Assembly: GCF_964194155.1 (NCBI RefSeq)
Contig: NC_135896.1
Location: 62,496,001-62,560,000 of the forward strand
Direction: 5' to 3'
Source of the DNA: Cetorhinus maximus
Taxonomy: Eukaryota
DNA length: 64,000 bases
A model generated the notes under the pieces. It was not told the origin of the DNA. It did not search any database and saw only the letters and a list, made by a program, of their open reading frames with translations. Shown one piece after another: positions 49,041 to 61,873 of this stretch. Positions within the stretch are counted from its first letter, which is position 1; every line of letters starts with the position of its first letter. A program made the position numbers and the translations under genes.

Positions 49041-49707
49041 GGCCTGAATTTTCCCCGAGTCGGGCAGGCTCGGCTAGAGTGGGCAGGGGCAGTCGCGGAG
49101 CTGACCACCACCCGCGATCAGCTCCACACTGCCATTTTACGTGGACAGGCCAATTAAGGCCCACCCAGCGTAATACGCAAGCGGTAGCGCTGAGCACCAC
49201 CTGTGCGGTCAGGGGGAGGAGGGAAAGTCGGGATGCGCGCGAACAAGCACTTCAATCTCCCTGGGGCACGGAGCTGCCTCAGGGAGATTGAAGTGCTTTT
49301 GAAATAAATAAATAAATGCAATAAAAATTTAATGAAACATGTCCCCTCATGGGACTGTGTCACATGAGATGGGATATGTTCTAAGAAAAAGTTTTTATTT
49401 AATTTGTCAAAGCTTTAGGAAACCTCATCCGCTTCCTAAAAATGTAAAGACCGCTTGGCCTTTTCGCTTACCCGCCAACTGTAAGGTTGGATGGGCAGCG
49501 TGAAATTCAGGTCAATTACCTGGTTAATGGCCTTAACAGGCCTATCAATTATCGGCGGGCGCACAGCCAACTCCAGCGCATCCCCGCCGAATGAAATGTC
49601 GCGAGACAGCGCGATGACGTCAGGATGCATGCCCGACGTCATCATGTGTGATTTCACGTGCCGGTGTGTACATTCAGCCCCCGCATTCCAAATGTAAAAT
49701 CCTGGCT
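49041..49707. mobile_element. Harbinger-type MITE, CpG-rich, 667 bp
   Basis: Ends ggcctgaatttt / aaaatcctggct, flanks ctc/gtc, splits the PLE reading frame at HL|IF. Confidence 0.8.
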
Positions 49708-50051
49708 GTCATCTTTTGATTAGGCACTTTACAGCCTTCTGGACTCAACAATGAGTTCAATAAATTCAGGTTGTAACCTCTGCCTTCATTTTATTTTATT
49801 TTTCTTTATTGGTTTAGTTTTTTATCTCAATTACTCTTTTTTCTTTTTTTGCTTTCAGTAGGCAATCATCCACACATGATCCTGCCAGTCAGTCACACCT
49901 CCTCCAGACATATCTTTTGTTTCTTATTTATCCCATTAGTACTTTGGCTTAGCACCATGAACTATTGTCATTTAATCTCTCCTGCCCTTCTTTTTCCCCA
50001 TTTTCCCCATCTTTCACTTGTTGGAAGCATATTACATTTCTAACTTTTCCC

Positions 50052-50088
50052 AATTCTGATGAAAAATCACAGACCTGAAATGTTAACT
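50052..50088 (+). ncRNA. Degenerate minimal hammerhead ribozyme in PLE terminal repeat
   Basis: aatt CTGATGA aaaatcacagacct GAAA tg TTA act; core boxes intact, stem II damaged. Confidence 0.6.
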
Positions 50089-52195
50089 CTATTTCTCTCC
50101 CCACGGACACTGTCAGACCTGCTGAGTATTAAGCATTTTCCATTTTTCAATTCAGACTTCCAGTATCCACAGTATTTTGCTCTTATACTATTCTATAAAT
50201 GTCTATGATGAGAGACATAATTAGCAAACCATCTTCTGTGCCGTGATTCTGTTTATAGTTCTGTTTTTTAAAGAAACCAAAATTAACATTACATGAAAAT
50301 ATACACATCATAACAGTTCCAATAGTGTGTCACACCACAACTCCAAACTGGTGTCATTGAACTAATACACACTTAAAAATCAAATCATTTGTACTGGAAG
50401 GAAGCATTAACATCTGACTGAACATAAACTTCACTTGAGTTATAATTTTCTTCTCTGTTCAAAAAAGGTTAATAACCCAATTTTGCAATGCACTAACAAA
50501 AATGGTGTCTGATTTTTAAACCAGGATTTTGTGCATGAGAATGATAAAAATAAAAAAATTGGTCAATCATAGCACATCTGTAATAATGGTTCTCCAATGA
50601 TCTTCAAACAGCTAATGAGCCATTGCATCAATGTATGTATCAGCAAACTTGTTTATCCACCTATGAAGTGATATTTTTGAAACAACTGGTTTTATACAGA
50701 CACTTCCAAACACAAATCAACTGTTGAAAAAGGAGCCAAATGTGAATGTTCACAGCTCCTCATAATGAGCTTTTCTTTCCTCTCCCAATCCTCCAAAATC
50801 ATTTATAGCATGAATATTTCATTATTAGCACAAAACATAGACAATGAAAGCTTATCTTGATATGCCCTCTCTGATGTAAACTGATTTGACAAGCTACATT
50901 AGAGACTTTTAACCCACATTCTATTGTATTATTTTTTCAGAGAATATATTTTCTGAATATATTTTTTGCATGTGCACTTTTCAGAGTGATGTGCAAAGGG
51001 TTTTTATACCAATAAATCATTATTGGTATTGCAAAAATCACATTTAACGACTATGTTGAATGACCTGAAGGGCAGCAAAAAGTTACAAATTGCATCGTCA
51101 TATCTATATGTTTTAGCATTTCTGGTTTGTGGATGGTTCAGCAATTCCACCCATTTATCTGCATTCAGCAGAACAACCAGCTAATAAGGGTGAGTATTTA
51201 AATAAGCCACAATGGAAATGATCTTTGACTACTACCTGAAGCAGGTGTGAAAATGACAGAGAGGCAAAAGTCTATTTTGGGGAGCTTGAATCATTTTAGA
51301 GCTTAGAAGTTCCACTGTAGCTCATCAGTTTGGGAGAGTAAGAAAACAGTAGGCTCCCATGCTGAGCTGGTTGACAGAGCAAGTTTGGGAGAGGATTGGG
51401 GTGGGGGGTGGTGGGAGAGAGAGGGAGTGCTGAGGGGGGATTCTGGGAAGGGCAGGGGCAGGCAACTGTTGTTTCTGTGGGTCCACAGAGTGGACTTCTA
51501 CACATCCTGGCCCAACAAAATTAGAAACTATGCATTTCTTTGACAATTTTTTGAATGGCATCCACTGGTCTGTTTAAGGACCGTTGATTCAGCTGCTCAA
51601 TGTCTGCAGTAGATAGGCTGAGCTGAGAATCCATGGATTTTGCACTACATTCTTGCCATAACTAGTGAGAGTGCACCAAACAGGTCAAAAATTAGCCTGG
51701 GACCTCGCCTTATATTGGCCACTTTGTGGGGATTTGTAAGGGGCAGAGCCCACCTGATGAAGGGACCAATGGAAATTCCTACTTCTGGGAAATTCCACAT
51801 CCCCAGGCTCACTGAAACTGGCATTCTCAGTATGAATATGCCCAGTGAGACCAGATATACCAAGCCGGTGATTGATGACTATGGGAGCACCTGCAAGTCC
51901 AGGACAAGGATTGGGGCCTGGACTATGACAATTTAAAGAAAGCATATTTTTGTTTTAAATTTGGAAAGCAGCTGTTATGTCTTCTGGTTCCCATAAGTTC
52001 AAAATAATCGCTCTTAGACTCAAAATGCCGGAGCTTCTTTGAGTGTATTTCTTACAGATCTCCATGTGGCTGGTGGACTAATACATTATTGCTCAGAACC
52101 TGACCGCAATGCAGCAGTAAATGTGGCACCCTTACATCTGCATAACAATTAGTTTTTAGCTCTTTATGAATAATAATAATACAGCAGTATTGAAC

Positions 52196-52310
52196 GTCTT
52201 GTGGCACAAGGGGCAGTGCCCCTGCCTGCAGGCCAGAAATTTCAGGTTCAAGTCCTACTCCAGGACTTGCTGGCCAACGAAGGTGCATTCATAACATAGC
52301 CAACCAAATG
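52196..52310 (+). mobile_element. tRNA-SINE head fragment
   Basis: tggcacaagggg A-box-like, ggttcaagtcc B-box. Confidence 0.55.
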
Positions 52311-52937
52311 TGAACTAATAGTCCACTCGTGTTTTCTATCCATAGTGCACTGTTTTGCAATGAAAAGTACAGATGATAGCAATTATACAGGTGCTTTTGA
52401 ACTCTTGTGTTGAATTCAACCAGGATTAATTCTGCAGCAAAAGTCCAACATGAAGGGTATTTGAGTGCCTTTGATTATATTATAAAATAAACTTGATTCT
52501 CAGTATAAATCCAATGTGTCACATAACCAAGTTTAGAAATTCAAGGATTGTGCTAGAAACAGAGTTCTCACAAAACTGTTTTAACTCTGGCCATTGAACA
52601 AAGTGAAAATGATGAGTACCAGTGATATTCTATACATCCAGGTTTTATTTATTTCAAATTGTTTATACAGCATACAAGAATATAGAATCAAATAACATTG
52701 CACCATACCACAAAGCCTTGACAGACCAATTAAGGGCTCATGCAAGCCAGCTTACAGCACAGCATTGTAATTCATACTAAGAGAAACAAACTGTAACAAG
52801 AATGAAAGACGACTGCAAAATTTAAGAAACAGTCACTCCTCCAACATGTAAATTATATTTTTGAGGTCAAGCCAGGGTACTGGATCTGCAAAGATTCCTT
52901 CAAGACAATCAGGCTTAGGAAGCAGTTGAAATTCACA

Positions 52938-54017
52938 GGGCAGGATTTTCCATTCCTGTTGGCAGCGGGCGTGTTAGGCGGTGTGAGCAGACAATATGGC
53001 GAGATGGCCAAAAATTGGTTTTACGCCATCGTGAAACCAGTTTGTGATCGTCCGCTCTACCAGTCAATGGCTGGTGGCATTTCCTGCCATTGCATACTGG
53101 GAACCTAATTTCAATACTTTAGCATCTCATTATAAGCCCTACTCACCGGAATAATCCCACATGCTGGATCATCTGGACACGTTGGCATGATTGCATGCTG
53201 ACGTGTTCCGCAACTGTACATAAGCAACATGCACCTGGCGAGCTGCACTTCTCTTGGGACTTTGAGGTTTGTTTGCCTACCTTGCTTCAGGCAGCACTTG
53301 CAGTCATCAGTGCCAGGCTTCACAGGCAGCACCACATCACTTTTAGTTGGGCTCACAGGCAGGTCTCTACCTACAGACCAACCATAAGGCAGGGGTGGCT
53401 TTTCAATGGCTGCAGGGCTAGGGTTTGCTTGAGGAAGGGGGTGAAGTGGCCTCAGGCAAGGGAAGAGGCTACTTGGCAAGGATTGCAATGGGGAAGGGGG
53501 GTATCCCAGGGTGTGTGGGGTCATATGTTGATTCATGCAAGTGGCCTCAAGATGGTGAGGGCTGAGGAGGCAGTCTCCAGAGGAGATGTGAAGGTGTGTG
53601 TGAGAGAGTGAATGGTGATATCCCTTGAGCTGGCAGTGAGTGAAATGCCAGTGAATGTGTGATGACCTTGTGAGTGTGAGAGTTTAGAGTGATGAGATGG
53701 TTGCCTTATCCTGGTGGCACAGGTAAGATCATTCATCCTTTTTCTGCACTGGATGGCCAACCTCTTCTGTGCAGCATGGTGTTGACCACCACTGCCACTG
53801 CCTCCCAAGCCGGAGTGGTGAGATTGCTCGACTTCCTGCAGTGGGCCTCCAAAAGGCATTCCAGTGATGGGTCACTGAACACTTCCTGGCTTTCAGGGCC
53901 ATGTCTTCACTGGAGCAGTCTTGGGCTGTAAGCATTGAGAACTGTGTGTGTGTGTCTACAGTTTAGATATGGTACCCGGAGTGAAGAAACAGTGAGCTAA
54001 TGGTGTGGTGGGCGATT
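52938..54017 (-). mobile_element. Non-autonomous Harbinger, same family as 33093, right end lost
   Basis: gggcaggattttc start; colinear with 33093-34220; AAQKRLAIQCRKRMNDL on minus. Confidence 0.88.
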
Positions 54018-54862
54018 CAATAATTAGACTTCCAAGTCCAAGTCTGGAATTACATTCACACTGTTTCCTGATTTACCTTATCTTTGTTTTGCTCCTTTCA
54101 CCTGGGGGTTGGAGTGGATGTGCAAAATCTTGCTGGGAGTCTTGAACACTAGGGCTGGAATTTTCTGGTCCCGTTGACATTGGGCATCATGGTGAGTGGC
54201 AGGGTGGCGGGGTTGGGGGGGGCGGGGGGGGGGGTGCGGGGGGGCGGGTGGAAGCAGCCACACATTTGGAATTGCTTGTCAAAAGTGAGCATTCTTCCAC
54301 AGCTGAAACCATTCAGCTGCAGCTCCATTGACATGCTTGGAGTCTGAACATTTTCTGCCCATTCAAGCAACACAAAGGCATAAAAGTGCCAGCAAATGCT
54401 CCAGAACTTTTCATTCCTTGGGCACAGACTGAAAATTAATGTGTGTTTTAGGGGTCAGCTATTGGCCAACTGGGCAAGCTGTAGAATCCCCTTGTGAAAG
54501 GCGGCCATGGAGCAGTCACTGGTGGAGGTGCTCACAGCCCCTTGCAATGTCTTTATTAAGGTTTGGACCAGTCTCCCTGATGGTTCAAGCTAACAGTGCA
54601 GCCTTGCAGTGCGGGTTAGGAGAATGCCTGCACCTGAGCTGAGAGCACAGTATGCAGTCCAATGGGCAAAGTTGCCACCAATCGGTCAAGTGGAGTGGGG
54701 CAGAGGTGGGTTGGGTTTTGGACAGCCAATGTGCACACTACACACTGGCCATCCAATTGGTGGCCAGCATTCTGATGTATGTTTGAAGAGGCCTTCAGGC
54801 TTAACCAAGAGAGGTTCTTGGGACACCTATGCTAACCCACGCATCTCTCTCTTTGATCCTGC

Positions 54863-56104
54863 AGGAGGGGAACATCAGGATCATGGCACCCAGTGATTTA
54901 GTGGCATATCTCATGGCTTACAGGGAGCAGAGAAGAAGAAAGTGGCAGAGGCGCCTGGCTCAGCAAAGGGAGGAGCACCTCCGTCAAGATGAAGGGGCGA
55001 CAGGGCCTGCTGTGCACGCAACTGAAGAGCCACAGCGAGCTGTCGTTCGTAGGTGCCTCACTAGACCCAGACAGCACCTGTTATTCCTGCAGATCGCTGA
55101 GAAGCAGTGTTGCCGAAGACTATGCAAGCCTAGGGAATTGGTCAGCCACATGTGCCACCTGCTGCAGGATTTGGCGCCATGGAGACATGGAGGGCATCCA
55201 CTGCCAGCAGCCATGAAAGTGACCGCCACACTCAATTTTTATACCAGTGGCTCCTTATGGGCTCCACAGGTGACCTGTGCATGATCTCATAAGCCTCCAT
55301 GCACAAGTGCATCCAAGAGGTCATCTTCGTGAAGGCACAGAACTTTGCGCATTTCGCCCAGGATCAGGAAAGCCAGGAAGCAAGAGCGCTGGTATTTGTG
55401 CAGGTCTCAGGTTTCCCACAGGTGCATGGTACCATCAACTGCACTATGTGGTGCTTAGATTTCCATGGCAACAAGGGGTCAACTACGTCAACAGCAAGGG
55501 CTTCCACTCGCTGAATGTTTAGCTGGTGTACGACCACCACAAACACATCCTATAGGTCTGCGCACAATTCCCAGGGGCCGATCACGACTCCTACATCTTT
55601 AGCAGGTCTCAGATCCTTGACATCTTCCAGGATCCAGAGAGGCTGCAGGGTTGGCTCCTCAGGGATAAGGGCTACCCACAGAAAGCGTGGCTGATGACAC
55701 CCATGCGGTGGCCTCAGACTGCAGCAGAGCGACGGTGTAACAAGGCTCATGCTGTGACCCGGACTTTGGTGGAACAAACTATAGGCATATTGAAAATGAG
55801 ATTCTGGTGCTTCGACAGGTCCGGTGGAGCACTGCAATACAGTCTCCAGACGGTGTCACGCATCATCGTCATTTGCTGCATGCTCCACAGCCTGGCACTG
55901 CAACGGGGGGAGGACCTGGCTGAAGAGGTGTTGGAGGAGCTGCACGTCTCCTCCAATGAGGAGACGTTAAAGGGGATGACGATGATAAGGCCCTCGAAGG
56001 CAAGGATGCCGACGATGAGGACACTGCATTGGCCAGACAAGGGAAGTGCACGAGGAGATCCTCATAGCTGCAAGGTTCGTGGAGGATGATGGCGACATGC
56101 AGTG
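54863..56104 (+). pseudogene. Harbinger DDE transposase, frameshifted
   Basis: CHLLQDL..GGHPLPAAMKVTATLNFYTSGS, SGFPQVHGTINCT, NSKGFHSLNV, LLRDKGYP, VEQTIGILKMRFWCFDRSGGALQYS, CCMLHSL; acceptor tttgatcctgcag at ~54863. Confidence 0.92.
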
Positions 56105-56659
56105 AGGGTACTCCATACATCTTCACATTGCCTCTGTGAATGTCTGACTCTGGTCTGGCTGAGGGCAGCTCACTTGCGCTCTGTGATCAGGGTCATATCA
56201 TGGAGACGCAGCTGTGAAACTTTAAATGCACCTGATCCTTTGTCAGCCTTCAGCACCAGTCCCCTTCAGGAGCAAAGTATCACAGATGCTGAAGAGATTG
56301 GGGGCCAGCCCCATCTCAAAGGTGCTGAGAGCACACAGAGAGAATGACGGAACTCTGTGACGCCTGCCCACAACATACTGGCAGCAATGACAAGCACCAT
56401 CGAAGTGCAGGCATCAGTAATGTGTCCAGTGAGTGTGAAGCCGGACCATCACTGTGGTCTGAGCATTACACATTGCACAGGGAAGAGGCTCTGGACTGAC
56501 ACGCCTGCCTTTATCTTGTGCAAGAACCGAGGTTTCACATCTGAGTAACAAGAACACTGCTCATCAGAACAAGGAGCCACAGGCAGGGAGACATTCTTGG
56601 GAGTTTATTTACAATAGTGAACATTATATACAAGTGAATAACAGTCACTCCCAGGCTCT

Positions 56660-58299
56660 GCAACATCTTCTTAACCTTCCTAACCCTGCCGCTACATCTT
56701 GGTGCTTCTCTGGCATCCACAGTGGAGGTGGAGGCAGCCTGCTGACTGCTAAGCTCTGTCTGTGATGACCTTGGCAGGCATCCTCTGGAGGGCCCCGGCC
56801 TGCTTTCAGGATCCTGTTGTGTGGAAGTGGTGCCCTCCTCAGCCTGTGGAGCTAGAGCTGCTGGGGTCACAAGAAGAGGAGATTCGGATGGGCTGGGCAC
56901 TCCTGGAGTCACCCAGGTGCATGGCCCAGGAGTGTGCACATGCTGATCCTCCTCCCTTTGGGTGCCCGAGGGCCCCTGGTTGACTCCTCGAGGATAACAG
57001 GAAGCTGGAGTGAGATCGTGTTGCCCCCATCCCTCTTGCATTGATGCTGCTCTAGTGACGCCAACTATAGTGTCAGCGATGGAGTTCAGCCTGCGCAGCA
57101 GTGTAGGGCCAATGTCCTGGACCAAGGTCTCCATGGCGGCCACCGTCCTACCAGTGTTGACCTTGGTGCATTGGCATGCCGGCACTATCACCTCAGACTG
57201 AAGGTGGACAGACTCTTCCATCGTGCCTTGCAATCTGAGAAGTGCAGAGGACATCCCTTCCTGATGTTCCTGAGCTTGCCTTTGCCGCTCCAGCAACTGA
57301 GGTATGACCGAGTCCAGAGGCTTCTCATCTGACTCGGACTCAGCAGATTTCTGGCCTCCAGCAGTCCTCCAATTGCAGGAAATCTGGCAAGTCTCTGCCT
57401 CCGCCTGCTGTGGATCAGACAGTGCGATGTGCTCACCAGATTATGATCCCGAGGCTACTCTAGAGCTAGGTCCCACTGAGGTGTGTATCTCTGCACTGAT
57501 GGAATGTGTGAGTGAGCACTGTGATGGGTCTTCAACGAGGACGTCATCAGATTCTTCCTCCAAGGTGTCTTCGGCACTTGAGACGAGGACCTGGCTCATG
57601 GACCCCAACGGCTGCTTCCCCAAGGAGACTGCAGAACAGGGAGAACTGACTCAGCACAGTTGTCTGTTGGATGTTGCACTCTTGGATCCTCAATTGGTTG
57701 AGCACCACCGACCTCACCGTCAGCACAGGAATGGTCCAGATCATCGCTGGCCAGCTGGATGACTCTACTCTCCAAGTCTGTGAGAACCTTGATGCTGGGC
57801 ATTTCTCCACCAGTCTGAGACCTCTTCCATCTGTTGTGTGCTAGCTTGTCCCACATGAAGATAGATGGAGAGAGTGTAAGGAGGACGCCTGCCAGGCCAG
57901 ATGAGGAGGATGCTTGGCACATTTGGGTGCTGAGCGGTGCCATGGATGGGATGGGCACACGATCCACAGGGCAGATGAAGGTGTGTGTGAGAGAGTGAAT
58001 AGTGATGTCCCTTGAACTGGCAGTGAGTGAGACCCCTGAGGTTGTGTGATGGGTTCATGAGTGTGTAAGTTAAGAGTGATGGGAAGAATGACTTACCCTG
58101 ACAGAATGGAGGAGATCATTCATCCTCTTTCGGCACTGGGTGGCTGTCCTCTTCTGCAGGTGCTGACCACCCTGTCTCCCATGCTGGAATGGTGATCTTG
58201 CTTGCTAGTCGTCACCCAGAGTGGAGCTGGGGGACTTCATGGCGGGCTTCCACTGCATTGCTAAACGGGGGCAGCATGTTTCCTCCCTTTGCCAGCCAT
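56660..58299 (-). pseudogene. Harbinger Myb/SANT partner gene (NAIF1-like), spliced, disrupted
   Basis: ATG at 58299 (MAGKGRKHAAP), QKRTATQCRKRMNDLLHSVR|gtaagt near 58096, DKLAHNRWKRSQTGGEMPSIKVLTDLESRV, then 253-aa coiled-coil/Pro-Ser ORF 56535-57296. Confidence 0.85.
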
Positions 58300-58894
58300 G
58301 ATTTTGCAGCAGTTTCCGACCCCTTAGAGAGTGCTAGCTCTGTGCAGGATCATCCTTTAAATACGGCTCCTGGATTACAGAAGGCCTGAGGTGACAGCGG
58401 GGTGGGCGAATCAGGGGCTGCCCCACTAGCGATCTGGCGTGTATCCCGGAATGCATTATTTATGAGGCGGGACCCACCGGGCATTGGGCCGATGCGGTGC
58501 GAAAACCCATCATTGCAGTTGGCGGGTAAAACAACTTTTTTCATGTCCATTGCCGCACTTAGTGCAAATCTGGGATGATTCCACTCCAGGTCTCTAGATG
58601 TGGCAACAAATTTGTGAAATCACGTTGTGCTTTCACGGTGACTGCTAAGTGTAGAAGCAATACCACCTGCATCATAATTCATATCATAACACACCTCTAT
58701 ATTTCTTTTTAGAATATTCTGAAAATTCTAACATTTTTTCAAACTGCCAGAAATGTACTCTCACACTATTCCAGCAAAATTTACTGGGCTTATCTTTATG
58801 GTATACAATCATTGGAGCATCCCATATCCTGCAACCCGATCCCAGTTCCCTCTTAACACAAAAGAATGGTCCTTAGATAGTGTTTTTAACATAG

Positions 58895-60330
58895 TAAAAC
58901 AGAAGTGTTACCAAACAAAATTTGACACCATGTCAGAAGATAGCTAATATAATATAAGAACATAAGAACTAGGAGCAAGAGTAGGCAATTCAGCCCCTCG
59001 AGCCTGCCCCACCATTCAATACGATCATGGCTGATCTCATTTCAGCCTCAACTCCAATTTCCCGCCCTCTCCCCATAACCTTTCAACACATTACTAATTA
59101 AAAATCTGTCTATCTCCTCCTTAAATTTATTCAGCGTCCCGGCATCCACTGCACTCTGATGTAGTGAATTCCACAGATTCACAACCCTTTGAGAAAAGTA
59201 ATTCCTCCTCATCTCTGATTTAAATCTACCACCCCTTAGCCTAAAACTATGGCCTCTCGTTCTAGAATGTCCCACAAGGGGAAAACATCCGCTACATGTC
59301 TACTTTGTCTATCCCCTTTAGCATCTTATATACCTCAATTAGATCTCCTCTCATCCTTCTAAACTCTAGCGAGTATAGGCCTAAACTGCTCAATCTCTCC
59401 TCATAAAACAAGCCCCACATCTCTGGAATCAATCTAGTGAACCTCCTCTGAACCACCTACAGTGCAACTACATCCTTCCTCAATTAAGGGGACCAAAACT
59501 GTGCACAGTACTCTGGGTGCAGTCTCACCAATGCCTTGTGCAGTTGCAACAACATTTCCCTATTTTTATACTCTATTGCTTTAGCAATAAATGCCAAAAT
59601 TCCATTTGCCTTCCTTATTACCGGCTGTACCTGCATACCAGCTTTCAGCGATTCATGCACGAGGACACCCAGATCCCTCTGCACTGAAGCATTCCGAAGT
59701 TTCTCTCCATTTAAATAATAAGTCGCCTTTTTATTCTTCTGACCAAAATGGATAACCTCACACTTATCCACGTTAAATTTTGGCCCATTCACCTAACCTG
59801 TCCATATTCATTTGTAAATTTCTTATTTCTTCAGTGCAACTTACTTTCCCACCTATTTTGGTGTCATCTGCAAATTTAGCTATAGTACCTTCTATCCCTG
59901 AATCCAAGTCATCAATATAGATTGTATAAATTTGGGGCCCAAGGACCGAACCCTATGGCACCTCACTAGTTACAGCTTGCCATCCAGAAAAAGACCCATT
60001 TATCCCGACTCTCTGCTTTCTGTTGGTTAGCCAATCCTCTATCCAAGCTAATACATTACCCCTAATTCCGTATGACCAACATATTAGTCAAGGAGGTAGG
60101 TTTTAAGGAGCATCTTAAAGGGGGAAAGAGAAGTAGAAAGGCGGAGAGGTTTAGGGAGGGAATTGCAGAACTCAGGACCTTGGCAGCTGAAGACACAGCC
60201 ACCAATGGCAAAACTATTGAAACAAGGATTGTTCAAGAAACCAGAATTGGAAGCACAGATATCTCAGAGTATTGTAGTGCTGGAGGAGATTACAGAGACA
60301 AGGAAAGACAAGGTCATGGAAGGATTTGAA
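58895..60330 (-). mobile_element. L2 3' fragment split by CR1
   Basis: aaacaaaatttgacacc (58913) joins atgacc..tagtcaaggaggtaggttttaaggagcatcttaaag (60072); reverse of L2 3' end. Confidence 0.72.
58953..60070 (-). mobile_element. CR1 LINE 3' fragment, relatively young
   Basis: FNVDKCEVIHFG...QRDLGVLVHESLK...EYCAQFWSP; SRTRGHSFRLRGGRFKSEMRRNYFSQRVVNLWNSL; (ataagaac)n tail. Confidence 0.93.
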
Positions 60331-61017
60331 AGCAACTTGTTCTAACAATACTTGTACAGTTAAAGCAAAACTGAAAATAGATGATAATGCTTGCAAGATA
60401 CTTGCTTTTCAGTTGATTACTACCATTCTAGTTGCTGAATTGATGAAAGCATTTGTGAGGTCTGTTGGATCCAAAGAAACCATATTTTGCAAAAGGTTAA
60501 CAGAAATAGTTAAAAATTAGTTTATTAAGGTATGTTAGCAAAAGGAAGCAGATGTACATCATTCAATAAAATACTGTCGAAATTACATGCAGATGAAAAT
60601 CTTTGTGTAGCAATGAACACTGTTTAGAGAAGGAATTTTGTGAGCATAAATATCCTTTGGCTACATATTTTATAAAAAAAAAGATTTAAGGCATTGCATG
60701 CCATCTGTTTAATGGCTAGCTTTTATATTATTTACTTTGGCTTTAAAGTTTAAAGCGCATTCAATGTAATCATATAGCAACCAATTAGACTTTAGATAAA
60801 TATCATTATACATAGAATTTACGAAACTCTTGAAAAAAAACAAGGGGATTATAGCTAGGGATAATACAGCCTATAATGTTTCTACACAATTTCTAACTCA
60901 CCAATAGAAACAAAGTTATTTTAAAATAATTAAAATGATCATTTTACCTCTGTGCTGCAGTTGCTGAACATTCTATTTGTTCATATAATCTTGTGTGCAA
61001 TCCACCTATATGAGTCT

Positions 61018-61873
61018 GCAAAGGTTAAGTGGGTGGGCAAAAAATTTGGCAGATAGAGTATAATGTGGGAAAATGTGAGGTTGTTCATTTTGGCAGAAAG
61101 GACAGAAAAGCAGAACATGATTTAAATGGAGAGAGACTGCAGAATGATGCGGTACAGAGGGATCTGAGTGTCCTTGTACATGAATTACAAAATGTCAGCA
61201 TGCAGGTACATAAGTAATTAAGAAGGCAAATGCCTGTTGGCCTTTATTGCAAGGGGGATGGAGTACAAAAGTAGGCAAGTCTTGCTACAACTGTACAGGG
61301 TGTTGGTGAGACTGCACCTAGAGTACTGTATACAGTTTTGATCACCTTACTTAAGGAGGGATATACTTGGATTGGAGGCAGTTCAGAGAAGATTCACTAG
61401 GCTGATTCCTGGTATGAAGGGGTTGTCTTATGAGGAAATGTTCAGCTGGCTGGACCTATACTCACTGGGGTTTAGAAGAATGAAAGGTTATCTTATTGAA
61501 ACATAAGATTTTGAGGGGGTTTGACAGGGCAGACACTGAGAGGATGTGTCACCTCATTGGGAATCTAGAACTAGGGGCACAGTTTCAAAATAAAGGGTCT
61601 CCCATTTAAGATGGTGATTAGGAGGATTTTTTTATCTCAGAGGGTTGTCAGTGTTTGGAATTTTCTCCAACAGTGAGCAGTGGAGACTGGTCATTGAATA
61701 TATTCAAGGCTAAGGTAGAAGATTTTGGATTGACAAGGGAGTCAAGGGTTATGAAGGACAGGCAGGAAAGTAGAGTTAAGGTCACATCAGATCATTCATG
61801 ATGTTATTGACAGGTGGAGCAGGCTTGAAGGCCGAATGGCCTACTCCTCCTCCTATTTCATATGTTCTTATGT
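61018..61873 (+). mobile_element. CR1 LINE 3' fragment
   Basis: WQIEYNVGKCEVVHFGRK...QRDLSVLVHE; tatgttcttatgt tail. Confidence 0.92.

Larger units (their letters stand above)
48880..50188 (+). mobile_element. Penelope-like element 3' remnant (GIY-YIG C-terminus and terminal repeat)
   Basis: YDPELLVTHYFNSPCCSHSDLSVLSLLQYSNVTQHKLEEHHL[insert]IF*LGTLQPSGLNNEFN; terminal region with hammerhead remnant. Confidence 0.82.
54153..58586. mobile_element. Near full-length two-gene Harbinger transposon, decayed
   Basis: Ends ggctggaattttc / gatgattccactc, flanks tag/cag; convergent transposase and Myb genes. Confidence 0.82.

Noticed and set aside
54200-54251. Poly-G run, G-quadruplex candidate
   Set aside because: Homopolymer expansion in a Harbinger subterminal region; no further evidence of function.
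56535-57296. 253-aa ORF as a novel host gene
   Set aside because: It is the C-terminal part of the Harbinger Myb partner gene whose 5' exon is frameshifted.
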